A stretch of 9,358 nucleotides of DNA, taken from assembly GCA_018985225.1 (NCBI GenBank), contig JADGIF010000398.1, positions 1 to 9,358 of the forward strand, written 5' to 3'. Origin of the DNA: Amoeboradix gromovi X-113 (taxonomy: Eukaryota > Fungi > Sanchytriomycota). The notes under the pieces were generated by a model. The model worked only from the letters and a program-made list of their open reading frames with translations, was not told the origin of the DNA and made no database searches. Positions 8,040 to 9,358 of the stretch are shown one piece after another; the first letter of the stretch is position 1; every line of letters begins with the position of its first letter. The position numbers and the translations under genes were made by a program.

Positions 8040-9113
8040 CAGAGTCATTATTAGTAAATTATTATCGCTTAATAGGGTTTTGAAAATAGCCATGGTTTAC
8101 ATAGTCGCATGAGATACACTCTACAAATTGGTCAAGCTCTCTCAAAAAATAAGATCCACCCAAACAGAAATTCCCTGTATTTTATCCCCTGTTCTGTAGG
8201 CGGAAGCTTTTTAATACTAGTTCCTCCTCTATACATCAAATCTATTAGGTACCCACTTAGAATCTTCGGAAACGACATTTCTTCATATCCATAATGCATG
8301 ATATGGACTTATAATTTGAAGGTGCGCTAGTTATGATATGAAATATGAAAAACAGACAAACATTGCAAAAATTGGCCCCATAAAACGAAGAATGATACAT
8401 AATTTCAATACTATCTAATACATTAGTCTGATGCTGCTAAGATACGTAGCCGAATAGTCTCTGGTGTCCACAAAATAATGAAAATGACTCAATGTCACAA
8501 GTTTCTTCAAATAAATAAATTTATTGCCATCTATTTATTTTTGGCTAAAAAGAGTCACTAGGGCGTTGCATCAACGAGTAACACCCAAAGAAAAAACAAA
8601 AGCCATCATACAAATTTTTTATCGGACTGTTTTAATGACGTGTGTACCGCACTTGATTCCAAAATATTTATAAACACACTGAACCGAATCATTCTAGCTT
8701 TGGAGGGTCCACTAGAAATCGCCAAAAAAACTCTTTGACACAGAAGAATGTGGTGGCAGTTAATTAAGCTACCACTACCATCTTCTACCAATGAGTTAAA
8801 ACCATCTTTAATAATTTTTAGCGCTAGACTTCAACACCATATTTCGTTATCAAACCGATGGCCCATTTAGTCAAACTGTGATTTAAACTGTCCTGTTTTT
8901 TAGGATCAAGAAATAAAAAATTGTTTAAGGTATGTTATGCATATTTTATTTGAATAATGTTCATATCTCAATAAATGCTTTTTGTCAGAAAGAATTAGAC
9001 TACTTAATATGGATCATGTATTTAGAGTAAGATACTCAAAAAACTCAATTGAAAATCAAAAGCTATTAAAATATGGTAAGGATCTTGATTCTAGGTTAGG
9101 AATATGGCCATAT

Positions 9114-9358
9114 GGGACACCAAATATAAAAACTAGACTAACTCATTTTTAAAGTAGGTGCTCCATACGGAGGAATGCTATCATTAATAAAAGATCTTCT
9201 ATTATACCAATTTTCTTTCATTACTCTCAATCCCCTCTTCAAAATAAAACTAGAAGACGCTGCATCTCGTTCAAACATGAAAGGTCTTTGAGCATCTAAG
9301 CAAAAGGTGCATTTTCTTAGACGGTACTCTTTCCTAGAGTCATTTTGTAATGTTATAC
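9114..9358 (-). mobile_element. 3' (right) end of a putative Fanzor-carrying, Sola2-family transposon, copy B; continues right of the window
   Basis: Inverted ~90% copy of 1-213. Begins GGGACACCAAATATAAAAACTAGACTAACTC, 28/31 to 3216-3246. Flank read outward on the - strand is ATATGGCC. Confidence 0.8.
9138..9356 (-). CDS. 5'-truncated ORF: C-terminus of a putative Fanzor/TnpB-like nuclease (copy B)
   Basis: Open from the window edge: ITLQNDSRKEYRLRKCTFCLDAQRPFMFERDAASSSFILKRGLRVMKENWYNRRSFINDSIPPYGAPTLKMS*. RLRKCxxC resembles the Fanzor1 R-x-LRxC context, followed by RD-x6-ILKRG. The stop lies within the terminal repeat. Confidence 0.65.
   Translation of the reverse strand: MTLQNDSRKEYRLRKCTFCLDAQRPFMFERDAASSSFILKRGLRVMKENWYNRRSFINDSIPPYGAPTLKMS

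Noticed and set aside
8109-8791. Short ORFs 8109-8294 (+) and 8606-8791 (-), plus nearby minus-strand fragments
   Set aside because: About 60 aa, no motifs, and I could not join them with plausible introns. A decayed gene cannot be excluded.
1-9322. Whole window as one giant transposon with ~210-bp TIRs carrying RPS15
   Set aside because: The GGG/CCC termini, defined by the third copy at 3216, face inward, and the ORFs run in from outside. These are ends of two separate elements.

Overview
AT-rich, gene-dense eukaryotic DNA that looks fungal/holomycotan (inference) and uses the standard code. Host genes are an LtrA-family membrane protein (-), intronless RPS15/uS19 (-), and two tandem split-PH-like genes (+). 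Each of the latter is completed by a 20-nt or 22-nt intron that the ORF track misses. A decayed Sola2-type DNA transposon occupies about 3216-5815/5855. The main find is at the window edges: 1-213 (+) and 9114-9358 (-) are ~90% identical copies of an element 3' end. Both encode a CxxC...ERDxxxxxxILKRG C-terminus resembling the Zn-finger/RuvC-III end of Fanzor/TnpB. Both carry hairpins resembling an omegaRNA scaffold and end in nearly the same 31-bp terminus as the Sola element. This suggests a Sola2-mobilised Fanzor family with a divergent RuvC-III motif. Only the last 60-70 codons are visible, so the call needs a homology search.
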